In this document: positions 8,836-19,860 of the stretch, piece after piece
How positions within the stretch are numbered: position 1 is the stretch's first letter
How the letters are laid out: each line of letters begins with the position of its first letter
Assembly: GCA_963779755.1 (NCBI GenBank)
Contig: CAVZZO010000003.1
Location: 1,696,001-1,760,000, forward strand
DNA length: 64,000 nt
From: an uncultured Gemmatimonadales bacterium
Lineage (GTDB): Bacteria; Gemmatimonadota; Gemmatimonadetes; Gemmatimonadales; GWC2-71-9
Reading direction: 5' to 3'
Position numbers and translations under genes: made by a program
Notes under the pieces: model-generated
The model's input: only the letters and a program-made list of their open reading frames with translations
Databases searched by the model: none
Told to the model about the DNA's origin: nothing

Positions 8836-11112
8836 ATGGGAGACCTGCCGGTCCGCGTGCTGCTGATAGACGACAGGGAGGACGACTACCGCGTCGTCCG
8901 CCAGCGGCTGGATCATGCCAGTAGCGACCGTTTCGAGCTGGACTGGGCCCGGGGGTACGACGAGGGGCTGGCACGGCTCTCGGAAGGGCGGCACGACGCC
9001 TGCCTGCTGGACGACCGGCTCGCGGGAGCCCGCAGCTTCGAACTCATGCGGGAAGCGCTCCGTGCCGGCAACAGCGCCCCCTTCATCCTGCTGACCGGCT
9101 CGGACGCCCCGGGCGCCAGCCTGGATGCGCTCCTCGCCGGCTCCACCGACCTGCTCAGCCGGCAACAGCTGGAGACACCGCTGCTGGAACAGGCCATCCG
9201 CCACGCGGTGGACCGGGCGCGGCACCTGACGGAACTGCGCCGGAGCGAGGAACGTTTCCGCGCCCTGGTGGAGAACCTGAGCGACGCCATCGTCCTGGCG
9301 GCGCGGGACGGCCTGGTCCTCTACGCCAGCCGGTCGGTTACCGGGATGCTGCAGTGGCCCGTGGCGGAACTGGTGGGTCGGCCGCTGTTCGAATGGATAC
9401 ATCCGGAGGATCTGCCCCTCGCGTTGCGCCTGTTCTCCGAAGCGCTGGCGCGTCCGGGGACTGCGGTCGACTTCACTGTCCGGGGCCGCACCCGGGAGGG
9501 CGCCTGGCGACACCTGGAGGGCGTCGGGGTCAACCGCCTGGGAGAACCGGCAGTCCGCGCCATCGTGCTCAACTTCCGGGACGTCAGCCAGCGTAAGGAC
9601 AGCGAACGGCACCTCCGGGAGCGGGAGCGGCAGTTCCGCGCGGTGTTCGACAACGCGCTGGACGCCACCGTGCTGCTGGACGACGCGCGTGCCCTGATCG
9701 ACACCAACCCCGCCGCGGGCGAGCTGTTCCGCCTGCCGGCGGACGCGCTGCTGGGACGCACCCTGGACGAGTTCCTGCCCGATCGCGTCGAGCTCCCCGG
9801 ACTGTGGACCGATTTCATCGAACGGGGCGAGCTCACGGGAGAATTCACGCTGACGGTGGGCGACGGCAGCCGCCGGGATGTGGAGCTGAGTGCCCGGGCC
9901 CACACGCTGCCGGGGCGGCACCTGATGGTGCTGCGGGACGTCACCGAACAGCGGCAGCTGGAGGCGCAGCTGCATCATGCCACCAAGATGGAGGCGGTGG
10001 GCCGCCTGGCGGGCGGCATCGCCCACGACTTCAACAATCTTCTTACCGCCATCCTGGGCTCAGCCGAATTTCTGGCCATGGAGCTGCCGGTCAGCTCGCC
10101 CCACCTGGAGGACGTGGAGGAGATTCGCCGGGCTGCCGCCCGGGCGGCCTCGCTGACGCAGCAGCTGCTCGCCTTCAGCCGCCGGCAGGTACTGCACCCC
10201 AAGGTGCTCGACCTGAACGCGGTGGTGGAGGGCGTCCGGCGGATGCTGGGCCGCCTGATCGGGGAGGACATCGCGCTGGAGACGCGGCTCCAGCCCGGGC
10301 TGGGCCGGGTGCGGGCCGACCCGGGCCAGATGGAGCAGGTGCTGCTGAATCTCGCCGTGAACGCCCGCGACGCCATGCCGGGAGGGGGCCGCCTGATCAT
10401 CGAAACCCTGGAAGAAGATCCGCCGGAGAGCTGGGACGACGCGCCGCTGCATTGCGTGGCCCTGCATGTGAGCGACAGCGGCGTGGGCATGGACGAGCGT
10501 ACCCGGACGCGGCTGTTCGAGCCGTTCTTCACCACCAAGGACCCGGGCAAGGGGACGGGCCTGGGCCTCTCCACCGTCTACGGGGTGGTCCAGCAGAGCG
10601 GCGGGTTCATCGAGCTCGACTCCGCTCCGGGGCAGGGCTCCACCTTCCGGATCTACCTGCCGCGGGTAGAGGACGAAGCCGACGGCGGCATGGGGCCCTC
10701 GCCCGGCGCGGGAGCCGGGGGGAGCGAGACCATTCTGCTGGTGGAGGACGAGGAGTCCGTTCGCCGGCTGGCGCGCCGCATCCTGAATGGACTGGGCTAC
10801 CGGGTGCTGGTGGCTGACAACGCGCAGGAAGCGCTCCGTCTCCTGGGACAGCGGTCGGGACCGCTGGATCTGCTGCTGACCGACGTGGTGATGCCGGGGA
10901 TGAGCGGCCCGGAGCTGGCCGAGCTGGTAGCGGCGGAGCAGCCCGGCCTCAAGGTGATTTTCATGTCCGGCTACACCACCGAATCCATGGAGCAGCACGG
11001 CGTCCTGGAGAGCGGCCGGGCCTTTCTGCAGAAGCCGTTCACCCCTCAGGCGCTGTCCTATCTGCTGCGGCAGGTCCTGACGGCCGGAGGCATCGCGCCG
11101 ATTCAAGAGTAG
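8836..11112 (+). CDS. Hybrid histidine kinase REC-PAS-PAS-HisKA-HATPase-REC
   Basis: [13 protein letters not shown]-box, [21 protein letters not shown]-terminal receiver LLTDVVMP...FLQKPF. Confidence 0.95.
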   Translation: MGDLPVRVLLIDDREDDYRVVRQRLDHASSDRFELDWARGYDEGLARLSEGRHDACLLDDRLAGARSFELMREALRAGNSAPFILLTGSDAPGASLDALLAGSTDLLSRQQLETPLLEQAIRHAVDRARHLTELRRSEERFRALVENLSDAIVLAARDGLVLYASRSVTGMLQWPVAELVGRPLFEWIHPEDLPLALRLFSEALARPGTAVDFTVRGRTREGAWRHLEGVGVNRLGEPAVRAIVLNFRDVSQRKDSERHLRERERQFRAVFDNALDATVLLDDARALIDTNPAAGELFRLPADALLGRTLDEFLPDRVELPGLWTDFIERGELTGEFTLTVGDGSRRDVELSARAHTLPGRHLMVLRDVTEQRQLEAQLHHATKMEAVGRLAGGIAHDFNNLLTAILGSAEFLAMELPVSSPHLEDVEEIRRAAARAASLTQQLLAFSRRQVLHPKVLDLNAVVEGVRRMLGRLIGEDIALETRLQPGLGRVRADPGQMEQVLLNLAVNARDAMPGGGRLIIETLEEDPPESWDDAPLHCVALHVSDSGVGMDERTRTRLFEPFFTTKDPGKGTGLGLSTVYGVVQQSGGFIELDSAPGQGSTFRIYLPRVEDEADGGMGPSPGAGAGGSETILLVEDEESVRRLARRILNGLGYRVLVADNAQEALRLLGQRSGPLDLLLTDVVMPGMSGPELAELVAAEQPGLKVIFMSGYTTESMEQHGVLESGRAFLQKPFTPQALSYLLRQVLTAGGIAPIQE

Positions 11113-11196
11113 TGAGGCATCCCGCAGGCTGGTATTATCCCACCCTATGCGGTCACTCCCTCTGATCCACCGGGCGTTCCCGGCTCCGGGTTCCTG

Positions 11197-13458
11197 ATGC
11201 ACCACGACGAACGGCTGGGTCCGCTGCTGGACCGGCTGGGTCTGGGAATGTTCCGGACCACGCTCGATGGCCGCCTGCTCGAAGCCAACGCTCCGCTACT
11301 CCGGATTCTCGGGCTGAGCTCCCTCCAGCCGGGCCTGGACATCACCCGCTTCTACCGCCGGCCGGCCGATCGCGCCCGGCTGGTCCGCACCCTCAGCGAC
11401 CAGCGGCAGGTCAACGATTTCGAAACCGCCCTGCAGCGGGCGGACGGCACCGAGGTGATCGTCCTGATCTCGGAAGCCGCGGTGCACACCGCCGACGGCG
11501 AGCAGGTCATCGATGGCCTGATGCAGGACGTGACCGAGCGGCACCGGGCGCTGGAGGCCGCCCGGAGCCAGCAGGCGGAGCTGGAAGCGCTGATCGCGGG
11601 GATGAACGACGTCGTCCTGGTGCTCGACCGCGAGTGCCGGCTTCTCACCGTGCATCCCAGCGCGCGCGAGATCCTGCCGCGCCCCGCCGCGGAGATGGCC
11701 GGTCACCAGGTGCGCGAGGTGTTTCCGGCCGAGATGGCAGCCGAAATCGAGCGCCGGGCCGCAGAGGCCCTGGAAGGCGGGGTGGCCGTGCGGTTCGAGT
11801 ACAGCGTCGGCCGGGAGGAGGGCGAGACCGCCTGGTTCAGCGCGGTCGCCTCGCCCCTGCCGGGCCAGCGGGTCCTCTGGGTGGCCCGGGATATCACGGT
11901 CCGCCGGAGCACGCGCATAGAGCTGGAGCGAACCGTCTCGCTGCTCAACGCCACGCTGGAATCAACCACCGACGGCATCCTGGTGGTCGATTCGGCCGGG
12001 CGGATCGCCAGCTACAATCGCAAGTTCGTGGAACTCTGGCGCATGCCCCGCGAAGTGCTGGCCACGCGAGACGACCAGCAGGCGCTGAAATACGTGTTGA
12101 GCCAGCTGGAAGAACCGGCCCGGTTTCTCGACAAGGTCACCGAGCTCTATGCCACCCCGGACGCGGAAAGTCACGATCTGCTTCGCTTCCGCGACGGGCG
12201 GAGGTTGGAGCGCTTCAGCCGCCCGCAGCGGATAGGGGGACAGGTCGTGGGCCGGGTCTGGAGCTTCCGCGACGTCACCCAACGCATGCTGCTGCAGGAG
12301 CAGCTGCAGCAGGCGGTCAAGATGGAAGCGGTGGGCCGGCTGGCGGGGGGAATCGCGCACGACTTCAATAATCTCCTCACCGCCATCCTGGGCGCCGCCG
12401 AGCTGGCGCTGGAGGAGCTGGACGGGTCTCACCCGGTGCGGGCCGATGTCGAGGAGATCCGTCATTCGGCCGGCCGCGCCGCCCTGCTCACCCGCCAGCT
12501 GCTGGCCTTCAGCCGCCGCCAGGTGCTCCGCCCCGAGATCCTGAACCTGAACGAGGTGGTGACCGGAATGGAGAAGCTCATCACCCGGCTGGTGGGCCCC
12601 GGAATAGCCACCCGCTACGAGCTGGCGGCCGACCTGGGCACCACCCGGGCCGACCGGGGGCAGCTGGAACAGGTCCTGATGAACCTGGCGGTCAATGCGC
12701 GCGATGCCATGCCCGAGGGCGGCGCCCTGACGATCAGCAGCGCCAACACGGCACTGGGCGAGCGCTCGCCCGAGGGACAACGCGTTGTCCCGGGCGCCTA
12801 CGTCCGCCTCACCGTCCGGGATACCGGCATCGGCATGAGCGAGACCGTGCGTCAGCATCTCTTCGAGCCGTTCTTCACCACCAAGGAACGCGGCAAGGGA
12901 ACCGGGCTCGGCCTCGCCACGGTGTACGGGATCATCAAACAGAGCGACGGCTATATCTGGGCGGGCGGGAGCCCGGGGGCAGGCGCGGAGTTCATCATCT
13001 ACCTTCCCCGGGTGGAAGCGGCGGCGGAGCCGCCCCCGCCTCCGCTGGCGCCGGTGGACATCCCGCACCGGGCGGCCACCCTGCTGGTGGTGGAAGACGA
13101 ACCCTCGGTGCGGCGGCTGGCCCGGCGGGTGCTGGAGCAGGAGGGATATACCGTCCTCGCCGCCGCCAACGGCGAAGAGGCCCTGGACCTCGCCGCGCAG
13201 CACTGCGGCCCCATCCACCTGCTGGTGACCGATCTCATCATGCCCGGCCTTTCCGGTACCCAGCTGGCCCGCCGGGTCGGCGACCAGCGTCCGGACTGCC
13301 GGGTGCTGTTCATTTCCGGCTACAGCAACGACGCGATCAGCCGCCAGGGAGCGCTGGCCCCGGGCGCGTCATTCCTGCAGAAGCCGTTCACCCGCATGGA
13401 GCTGCTGCAGCAGGTGAGCCGACTGCTTGCCGGCGGCCCAGGAATTCTGGCCTCATGA
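11197..13458 (+). CDS. Hybrid histidine kinase with three PAS domains and a C-terminal receiver
   Basis: Same H/N/F/G boxes; three PAS-like segments; LVTDLIMP receiver. Confidence 0.95.
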   Translation: MHHDERLGPLLDRLGLGMFRTTLDGRLLEANAPLLRILGLSSLQPGLDITRFYRRPADRARLVRTLSDQRQVNDFETALQRADGTEVIVLISEAAVHTADGEQVIDGLMQDVTERHRALEAARSQQAELEALIAGMNDVVLVLDRECRLLTVHPSAREILPRPAAEMAGHQVREVFPAEMAAEIERRAAEALEGGVAVRFEYSVGREEGETAWFSAVASPLPGQRVLWVARDITVRRSTRIELERTVSLLNATLESTTDGILVVDSAGRIASYNRKFVELWRMPREVLATRDDQQALKYVLSQLEEPARFLDKVTELYATPDAESHDLLRFRDGRRLERFSRPQRIGGQVVGRVWSFRDVTQRMLLQEQLQQAVKMEAVGRLAGGIAHDFNNLLTAILGAAELALEELDGSHPVRADVEEIRHSAGRAALLTRQLLAFSRRQVLRPEILNLNEVVTGMEKLITRLVGPGIATRYELAADLGTTRADRGQLEQVLMNLAVNARDAMPEGGALTISSANTALGERSPEGQRVVPGAYVRLTVRDTGIGMSETVRQHLFEPFFTTKERGKGTGLGLATVYGIIKQSDGYIWAGGSPGAGAEFIIYLPRVEAAAEPPPPPLAPVDIPHRAATLLVVEDEPSVRRLARRVLEQEGYTVLAAANGEEALDLAAQHCGPIHLLVTDLIMPGLSGTQLARRVGDQRPDCRVLFISGYSNDAISRQGALAPGASFLQKPFTRMELLQQVSRLLAGGPGILAS

Positions 13459-13904
13459 GACAGCGCGTGCTTGCCCTTCTGCTGCTGGCACTGCTCACCC
13501 CCGGCATCGTCCGGGCGCAGGCCTCCCGATTCGAGTTTGCCGGCGCCATGGGCCGTGATTTCCACGACGACGCCTGGCTCGCCGCCGCGCATTTCCGGAT
13601 TCCCCTGGGCCGGCGGGTCGAGTTTCGCCCCAGCGGGGCCATCGAACTGGGGGGGCAATCGCCCTGGGATCTCAATGCCGACCTGGCCCTGCGGGGGCCC
13701 ACCGGGGTGGGGTACCTGGGAGGCGGCGTCGGCCTCTACCAGCGCCCGCAGACCGGCGGCCTGGTGCAGAAGGTGGGCATCAACGCCTTCCTGGGCTTCT
13801 CCGGCATGGATCCCGGGCTGCGCCCCTTCCTGGAGTTGCGCTGGACCCGGGTGGCCGGCGCGACCCTGTTCCGCCCCCTGCTGGGCTTCCGTATCGGGCT
13901 CTGA
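13455..13904 (+). CDS. Small outer-membrane beta-barrel protein
   Basis: Signal peptide; alternating beta strands (YLGGGVG, PFLELRW, LLGFRIGL); ATGA overlap with the kinase. Confidence 0.75.
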   Translation: MRQRVLALLLLALLTPGIVRAQASRFEFAGAMGRDFHDDAWLAAAHFRIPLGRRVEFRPSGAIELGGQSPWDLNADLALRGPTGVGYLGGGVGLYQRPQTGGLVQKVGINAFLGFSGMDPGLRPFLELRWTRVAGATLFRPLLGFRIGL

Positions 13905-13905
13905 C

Positions 13906-13947
13906 TTGACTCATACGGTCGTATGAATTATTAATACGTTCGTATGA
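13906..13947 (+). promoter_or_regulatory. TetR promoter with tandem operator palindromes
   Basis: TTGACT at 13906; TCATACGGTCGTATGA at 13911-13926 and TAATACGTTCGTATGA at 13932-13947 (overlaps the ATG). Confidence 0.8.
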
Positions 13948-14552
13948 ATACCACCGCTTCCCGCCTGCAGGAGGTCGCCCGCGGGCTCTTCGCCCGCCAG
14001 GGCTATGCCGGCACGTCGGTCCGGCAGATCACGGCGCGCGCCGGTGCCAACCTGGGCGCGGTGACCTACCACTTCGGCTCCAAGGAACGGCTGTACCATA
14101 CCGTCCTGCGGGGGCTCACGGCTCCCCTGCTCCAGCGCCTGGCGGAGGCCGCGGCCGCGCCCGGCTCGGCGCTGGACCGGATCGGCGCCACGGTGCGCGC
14201 GGTGCTGGAGCATTTCGGCAGCCATCCCGACATTCCCCGCATCATGGCGCACGAGCTGGCCCTCCAGGGGCCCTTCCCGGCCCCGGTACGCGAGGTCCAG
14301 ACCCGGGCGCGCGATCACCTGCTGGGGCTCATCGAAGCGGGCCAGCGGGAGGGCAGCATCCGGCCGGGCGATCCCCTGCTGCTCACGCTGAGCGTGATCG
14401 CCCAGCCCATCTACTTCGCGCTCGCCTCGCGCATGCTGCGCCAGCTGGCGGGCTTCAGCCTCGAGGACCCGGCGGCGCGGCAGAGGATCATTGCCCACGC
14501 CATTCTCTTTGTCCGCCGCGGGCTGGCGCCCGGGGCAGAAAGCGCATCATGA
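13944..14552 (+). CDS. TetR/AcrR regulator (CecR/YbiH-like position)
   Basis: LFARQGYAGTSVRQIT...VTYHFGSKERLY HTH. Confidence 0.93.
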   Translation: MNTTASRLQEVARGLFARQGYAGTSVRQITARAGANLGAVTYHFGSKERLYHTVLRGLTAPLLQRLAEAAAAPGSALDRIGATVRAVLEHFGSHPDIPRIMAHELALQGPFPAPVREVQTRARDHLLGLIEAGQREGSIRPGDPLLLTLSVIAQPIYFALASRMLRQLAGFSLEDPAARQRIIAHAILFVRRGLAPGAESAS

Positions 14553-15547
14553 GGAACCCGCACCTGCGGTCCCCGGCGGCCCTCCTGCTGCCGCTCGCAC
14601 TGGTGATCGCCTGTCACGGCACGAAGAGCGACGAGCTCCGCGCCTCCGGTACGGTCGAAGCAACCGACGCCCAGCTGGGCTTTGCCGCCGGCGGCCGTAT
14701 CGCCTGGATCGGCCCGCGGGAGGGCGACGCCATCCAGGCGGGCGTCGTACTCGCCACGCTGGATACGGCGCAGGCCGCCGCCCGGCTGGCTCAGGCGCAG
14801 GGCCAGCAGTCGGCGGCGCGTGCCCAGCTGCTGGAGCTGCAGCGGGGCTCGCGGCCCGACGAGGTGGCACAGGCCCGGGCGGCGGAACGGGCGGCGGCGC
14901 GCTCGCGCGACCTGGCCGAACAGGAGCTCGCCCGGGCGCGGCGGCTGGCGGACAGCAACGTGGTGAGCCGGCAGACGCTGGATCAGGCCCAGACGGCCTA
15001 TGAGGTCGCGGCCAGCCGATCCGAGCAGGCCCAGGCGCAGCTGCGCCTGCTGGAGCAGGGGCCGCGGCAGGAGCGTATCGCCTCGCAGCGGGCGCAGGTC
15101 CAGGCGGCGGAGGCCCAGGTTCAGGTGGCGCAGGCCGCGCTCTCGGACATGGTGCTGCGTTCGGCGTTCGACGGGCTGGTCACCGTACGCCACCGGGAGC
15201 CGGGAGAAACCGTCGCGCCGGGCGCGCCGGTGCTCACCATTATCAATCCGGACGACCGCTGGGTGCGGATCTACGTGCCGGAAAACCGGATTGGCGCCGT
15301 GCACCTGGGCGAGCGCGCCACCATCACCTCCGACACCTACCCCGACCGCCAGTTTGCGGGCGAGGTGACTCACGTGGCCAGCGAGGCCGAGTTCACGCCC
15401 CGGAACGTTCAGACCAAGGAGGAACGGGTCAAACTGGTGTACGCCGTCAAGGTGCGGATCGTGGGAGACACGGCCCTGGTGCTCAAGCCGGGGACGCCCG
15501 CGGATGTAGAACTGCAGGAATCCTCTTCCTCCGCTCCTCATTCCTGA
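14549..15547 (+). CDS. HlyD-family periplasmic adaptor (YbhG-like)
   Basis: ASGTVEA, coiled coil, EAEFTPRNVQT...LVYAVK. Confidence 0.93.
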   Translation: MRNPHLRSPAALLLPLALVIACHGTKSDELRASGTVEATDAQLGFAAGGRIAWIGPREGDAIQAGVVLATLDTAQAAARLAQAQGQQSAARAQLLELQRGSRPDEVAQARAAERAAARSRDLAEQELARARRLADSNVVSRQTLDQAQTAYEVAASRSEQAQAQLRLLEQGPRQERIASQRAQVQAAEAQVQVAQAALSDMVLRSAFDGLVTVRHREPGETVAPGAPVLTIINPDDRWVRIYVPENRIGAVHLGERATITSDTYPDRQFAGEVTHVASEAEFTPRNVQTKEERVKLVYAVKVRIVGDTALVLKPGTPADVELQESSSSAPHS

Positions 15548-15637
15548 TTCCTCATTCCTGATTCCTTATTCCTGATTCCTTATTCCTGATTCCTTATTCC
15601 TGATTCCTTATTCCTGATTCCTTATTCCTGATTCCTT
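15540..15637 (+). repeat. (ATTCCTG ATTCCTY)x7 tandem array
   Basis: 14 consecutive heptamers; the first supplies the HlyD TGA. Confidence 0.95.
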
Positions 15638-15642
15638 GCTCC

Positions 15643-16566
15643 TTGAACGCCATCTCGCTCCGGGACCTGACCCGCCGCTTCGGCGATCTCACCGCGATAG
15701 ACGGGCTGAGTTTCGACGTGGAGAGCGGAGCGCTGCACGGGCTGGTGGGACCCGACGGCGCCGGCAAGACCACCACGCTGCGGATGCTGGCCGGCGTGCT
15801 CCGCCCCTCCTCGGGCGACGCGCTGGTGGAAGGCATCAGCGTCCGCCGGGACCCCGAGGGAGTGAAGGGTGTGATCGCGTACATGAGCCAGCGGTTCGGG
15901 CTCTACACCGATCTCACGGTGCGGGAGAACATCGATTTCTACGCCGACCTCTACGGCGTAGCGGCGGCGGAACGGCCGGCGCGGCTGGAACGGCTGTACG
16001 GTTTTTCCAATCTGGGCCCCTTCGAACGGCGGCATGCGGGGCAGCTCTCGGGCGGTATGAAGCAGAAGCTCTCGCTCTGCTGCGCCCTGATTCATCAGCC
16101 GCGTGTTCTGCTGCTGGACGAACCCACCTTCGGCGTCGATCCGATCAGCCGGCGTGATCTCTGGCTCATCCTGCATCAGATGGTCGCGGAGGGAGTCACC
16201 ATCCTGGTCTCCACCGCCTACCTGGATGAGGCGGAACGGTGCGACCGGGTGGCGTTGCTGGACCGGGGCCGTCTGCTGGCGCTGGATACGCCGCAGGCGC
16301 TGCAGCGCTCCCTCCCCGGTGTGCTGCTGGAGGCGCGTACCCCCGATCCGCGGCGGGCCGTCCACGCTCTGCGGGGAGTGGCGGGGGTGCGGCGGGTGGC
16401 GCTCTTCGGAACGGTGGTGCACCTCCAGCTGTCCGGGTCCGGCGACCGCCGCGGGGTGGAGGACGCGCTGGCCCGGGCCGGGGTTGCGCCGGTGGAGCTG
16501 CGGCCCATCCTGCCTTCGCTGGAGGACGTGTTCATCGAGCGGGTGGCAGAGGCGGAGGCGGAATGA
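15643..16566 (+). CDS. ABC ATP-binding protein (YbhF N-half-like)
   Basis: GPDGAGKTT, LSGGMKQKL, LLLDEP; TTG start. Confidence 0.93.
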   Translation: MNAISLRDLTRRFGDLTAIDGLSFDVESGALHGLVGPDGAGKTTTLRMLAGVLRPSSGDALVEGISVRRDPEGVKGVIAYMSQRFGLYTDLTVRENIDFYADLYGVAAAERPARLERLYGFSNLGPFERRHAGQLSGGMKQKLSLCCALIHQPRVLLLDEPTFGVDPISRRDLWLILHQMVAEGVTILVSTAYLDEAERCDRVALLDRGRLLALDTPQALQRSLPGVLLEARTPDPRRAVHALRGVAGVRRVALFGTVVHLQLSGSGDRRGVEDALARAGVAPVELRPILPSLEDVFIERVAEAEAE

Positions 16567-17576
16567 ACGCCGCTGCCAATCGCCCGGGCCGTCAGGCGGA
16601 CGGGCGGCCAGCCCCGGCCACCGCCCCGCCGGATCCGGCCATCGAGGTCAGGGATCTCACCCGCCGCTTCGGCGATTTCGTGGCGGTGGACCACCTGAGC
16701 TTTTCCGTGCCGCGGGGCCGCATTTTCGGCATGCTGGGGCCGAACGGTGCCGGCAAGACCACCGCCATCAAGATGCTGGCCGGGCTGCTGCTGCCGTCGG
16801 AGGGAACGGCGGAAGTCGCGGGTTACGACATCATCCGCCAGGCGGACGACGTGAAGCGCAACCTGGGGTACATGTCCCAGCTGTTCTCCCTCTACCCCGA
16901 TCTCACGGTGAGCGAGAACATCGAGCTGTTCGCCGGGCTCTATGATGTCCGGGGCGAGCGGTTGGCGCGCCGCCGTGCCTGGGTGCTGCGGCTGGCGGGC
17001 CTCGAGCACCAGCGCGACCGGCTCACCGCCGACCTGCCGCTCGGCTGGAAACAGCGGCTGGCGCTGGGATGCGCCGTGCTGCACGAGCCGCCCATTCTCT
17101 TCCTGGACGAGCCGACTTCGGGGGTGGACCCGGTCTCCCGGCGTACCTTCTGGGATCTGATCTACAACCTGGCGGACGGCGGCACCACCGTGCTGGTCAG
17201 CACCCATTACATGGAAGAGGCGGAGTACTGCCACCGGGTGGCCCTGCTCAACCGGGGGCGCTTGGCCGCGCTGGGCACACCCGACGAGCTGCGGCACAGC
17301 ATCGGCCACCCCATCCTGGAACTGGAGACCGACGACGTGCTCCGGTCGGTGAGTCTGCTGGAACACGCCCCGGGCGTGCTGGAAGCCGTGATGTTCGGCC
17401 GCCAGGTCCACGTCACGGTGGAGGATGCGGAGCGCGCCCGGAGCGAGCTGCCCGCCCTGCTGGCGCGGGAAGGAATCGGGGTGAGCGCGGTCGGTGCGGT
17501 GGAGCCGTCGCTGGAGGATGCGGTCGTGGCCCTGATCCGGCGCGCCGGCGGCCCGGCGGGCGAGGACGGGGCGTGA
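16563..17576 (+). CDS. ABC ATP-binding protein (YbhF C-half-like)
   Basis: GPNGAGKTT, degenerate signature LPLGWKQRL, FLDEP; ATG 16563 overlaps the previous stop. Confidence 0.93.
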   Translation: MNAAANRPGRQADGRPAPATAPPDPAIEVRDLTRRFGDFVAVDHLSFSVPRGRIFGMLGPNGAGKTTAIKMLAGLLLPSEGTAEVAGYDIIRQADDVKRNLGYMSQLFSLYPDLTVSENIELFAGLYDVRGERLARRRAWVLRLAGLEHQRDRLTADLPLGWKQRLALGCAVLHEPPILFLDEPTSGVDPVSRRTFWDLIYNLADGGTTVLVSTHYMEEAEYCHRVALLNRGRLAALGTPDELRHSIGHPILELETDDVLRSVSLLEHAPGVLEAVMFGRQVHVTVEDAERARSELPALLAREGIGVSAVGAVEPSLEDAVVALIRRAGGPAGEDGA

Positions 17577-18697
17577 GCGGGCTCTCGCCCCGCCGCCTCT
17601 GGGCGGTCGCCCGCAAGGAGGTCATCCAGCTGCGGCGCGATCCCCGCAGCCTGATCCTGGCCCTGCTGCTTCCGCCGCTGCTGGTGCTGGTCTTCGGCTA
17701 CGCCATCAGCTGGGACGTGCGGGACATTCCGCTGGGCGTCTGGGACCAGGACCAGACGGCCCAGAGCCGCGATCTTGTCGCCGCCTTCCAGCGCTCGGGG
17801 TATTTCGACGTGCTGGCCCGCCCGTCGGGCTACCCGGCCGCCGGCCGTCTGCTCGACCGGGGCAAGGTCCGCATGGTGCTGGTGATTCCTCCGGATTTCT
17901 CCCGGCGGCTGGGCGCCGGCCGCCCCGCCGAGGTCCAGGCACTGGTGGACGGGGGCGACGCCAACACGGCCACCATCGCGCTCAACTACGCGCAGGCGAT
18001 CACCGCCAGCATCTCACCGGCCCTCACGCTGCAAGCGGTTCAGCGTCCGCCGCCCGCCGTGGCGGAGGTGCGGGTCTGGTACAACGAGACGCTGGAGAGC
18101 CGCAACATGATCGTCCCGGGGCTGATCGCGGTCATCATGATGATCATTGCCGCCATGCTCACCTCGCTGACGATCGCCCGGGAATGGGAACGGGGCACCA
18201 TGGAGCAGCTGGCCGCGACGCCGGTGCGGCGGGCAGAGGTCGTCCTGGGGAAGCTGGCGCCCTATCTGCTGCTGGGGCTGTTCGACCTGCTGGTCACCAT
18301 GACCCTGGGCGTCGCCGTCTTCCAGGTCCCCTTCCGGGGCAGTTTCCTGGTGCTGTTCGGGGCCTCGGTGTTCTTCCTCATCGGCTCGCTGGGGCTCGGG
18401 ATGTTCGTCAGCGCGGCCACCCGTTCCCAGCTGCTGGCGACACAGATCAGCATAATCGTCAGCTTCCTGCCGTCGTTTCTGCTGAGCGGTTTCGCCTACG
18501 ACATCGGCACCATGCCGCGGCCGCTCCAGCTGATCACCCTGCTGGTACCGGCGCGCTATTACATCGTGATCATCAAGGGGGTCTTCCTCAAAGGCATCGG
18601 CCCGGGGGCGCTCTGGATCCAGGGGCTGGCCCTCATCCTCTTCGCCGCCGGCGGGGCGATGCTCGCCATCCGGTCGTTCCGCAAGGAGCTGGAGTGA
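17573..18697 (+). CDS. ABC permease (YbhS-like)
   Basis: KEVIQLRRD and IAREWERGTMEQL motifs; GTGA overlap. Confidence 0.93.
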   Translation: MSGLSPRRLWAVARKEVIQLRRDPRSLILALLLPPLLVLVFGYAISWDVRDIPLGVWDQDQTAQSRDLVAAFQRSGYFDVLARPSGYPAAGRLLDRGKVRMVLVIPPDFSRRLGAGRPAEVQALVDGGDANTATIALNYAQAITASISPALTLQAVQRPPPAVAEVRVWYNETLESRNMIVPGLIAVIMMIIAAMLTSLTIAREWERGTMEQLAATPVRRAEVVLGKLAPYLLLGLFDLLVTMTLGVAVFQVPFRGSFLVLFGASVFFLIGSLGLGMFVSAATRSQLLATQISIIVSFLPSFLLSGFAYDIGTMPRPLQLITLLVPARYYIVIIKGVFLKGIGPGALWIQGLALILFAAGGAMLAIRSFRKELE

Positions 18698-19800
18698 TCA
18701 CCGCGGCCCGGGTGAAGCAACTGGTGCTGAAGGAACTGCGCCAGATGTTCCGCGATCCCCGGATGGCGCGGGTCATCTTCATCGCCCCCATCATCCAGCT
18801 GGTGGTCTTCGGGTATGCCGTGAATACCGACGTCCGGCATACGCCGGTGATCGTTCTGGACCAGGACCAGACCCGGACCAGCCGGGACCTGCTGTCCACC
18901 CTCACCGCGGCGGGCTACTTCCGGATCGTCGCCCGCGCGTCGCGCCCGGCCGACCTCCGCGTCGCGCTGGACCATGGCCGGGCGGTGCTGGCGCTGAACA
19001 TTCCGCCGGGATTCGCGCGCGACCTCCGGCGGGGCGAGGCCCGGGTACAGATCCTGGTGGACGGCACCTCCTCCAATACCGCCAACGTGGCCCAGGGGTA
19101 TGCCGCCAGCATGGTGCAGGCCTGGGGCCGGGAGCGGACGGGGGCCGGCGAACGGCCCGGCATCGTGCTGCAGCCCCGGGTGTGGTATAACCCGGCGCTG
19201 GAGAGCCGGGTGTACAACGTCCCCGCCGTGGCGGGGGTGATCATCATGCTCATGTGCCTGCTGCTTACCGCGCTGTCGGTGGTGCGGGAGCGGGAGATGG
19301 GGACGCTGGAACAGTTGATGGTAAGCCCCCTGCGCCCGGCCGAGCTGATCCTGGGCAAGACCGTCCCGGTGGCACTGGTCGGCCTGGTCGATCTGGCGCT
19401 CATCACCTCGGTCGCCCTGCTCTGGTTCGGCATTCCCTTCCGGGGAAGCGCGGCGCTGCTGCTGGTGGCGAGCGCCACATTCATCGTGGCGGGCCTGGGG
19501 ATGGGCCTGCTCATCTCCACCATCTCTTCCACTCAGCAGGAAGCCTTTATGACCATGTTTCTGGTCTTCCTGCCGATGATGCTCTTCTCCGGGTTCATGT
19601 TCCCTGTCAGCAGCATGCCCCGGGCCATTCAATGGCTCACCCTGGCCAATCCGCTGCGCTATTTCCTGGAGATCATCCGCTCCATTTTCCTCAAGGGCGC
19701 CGGGCTGCCGGTGCTCTGGCCGCGGCTCCTGGTTCTGGCACTCATGGCCGGCGGACTGCTCACGCTGGCGTCGCTGCGATTCCGCAAGCGTACCGTCTGA
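18694..19800 (+). CDS. ABC permease (YbhR-like)
   Basis: KELRQMFRD and VVREREMGTLEQL motifs; GTGA overlap. Confidence 0.93.
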   Translation: MITAARVKQLVLKELRQMFRDPRMARVIFIAPIIQLVVFGYAVNTDVRHTPVIVLDQDQTRTSRDLLSTLTAAGYFRIVARASRPADLRVALDHGRAVLALNIPPGFARDLRRGEARVQILVDGTSSNTANVAQGYAASMVQAWGRERTGAGERPGIVLQPRVWYNPALESRVYNVPAVAGVIIMLMCLLLTALSVVREREMGTLEQLMVSPLRPAELILGKTVPVALVGLVDLALITSVALLWFGIPFRGSAALLLVASATFIVAGLGMGLLISTISSTQQEAFMTMFLVFLPMMLFSGFMFPVSSMPRAIQWLTLANPLRYFLEIIRSIFLKGAGLPVLWPRLLVLALMAGGLLTLASLRFRKRTV

Positions 19801-19860
19801 GCGCTTGCGCACCCGTCGGGACCGGGATTCTTTCCGAACTCAACTCTTGAGGAGTGTACG

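Noticed and set aside
8746..10026. N-terminal half of the 836-aa minus-strand ORF
   Set aside because: Antisense shadow of the hybrid kinase; the lipoprotein signal starts at 8745.
15540..15637. Possible CRISPR array or repeat-encoded peptide
   Set aside because: No spacers; the repeat contains TGA in the downstream gene's frame (15601).
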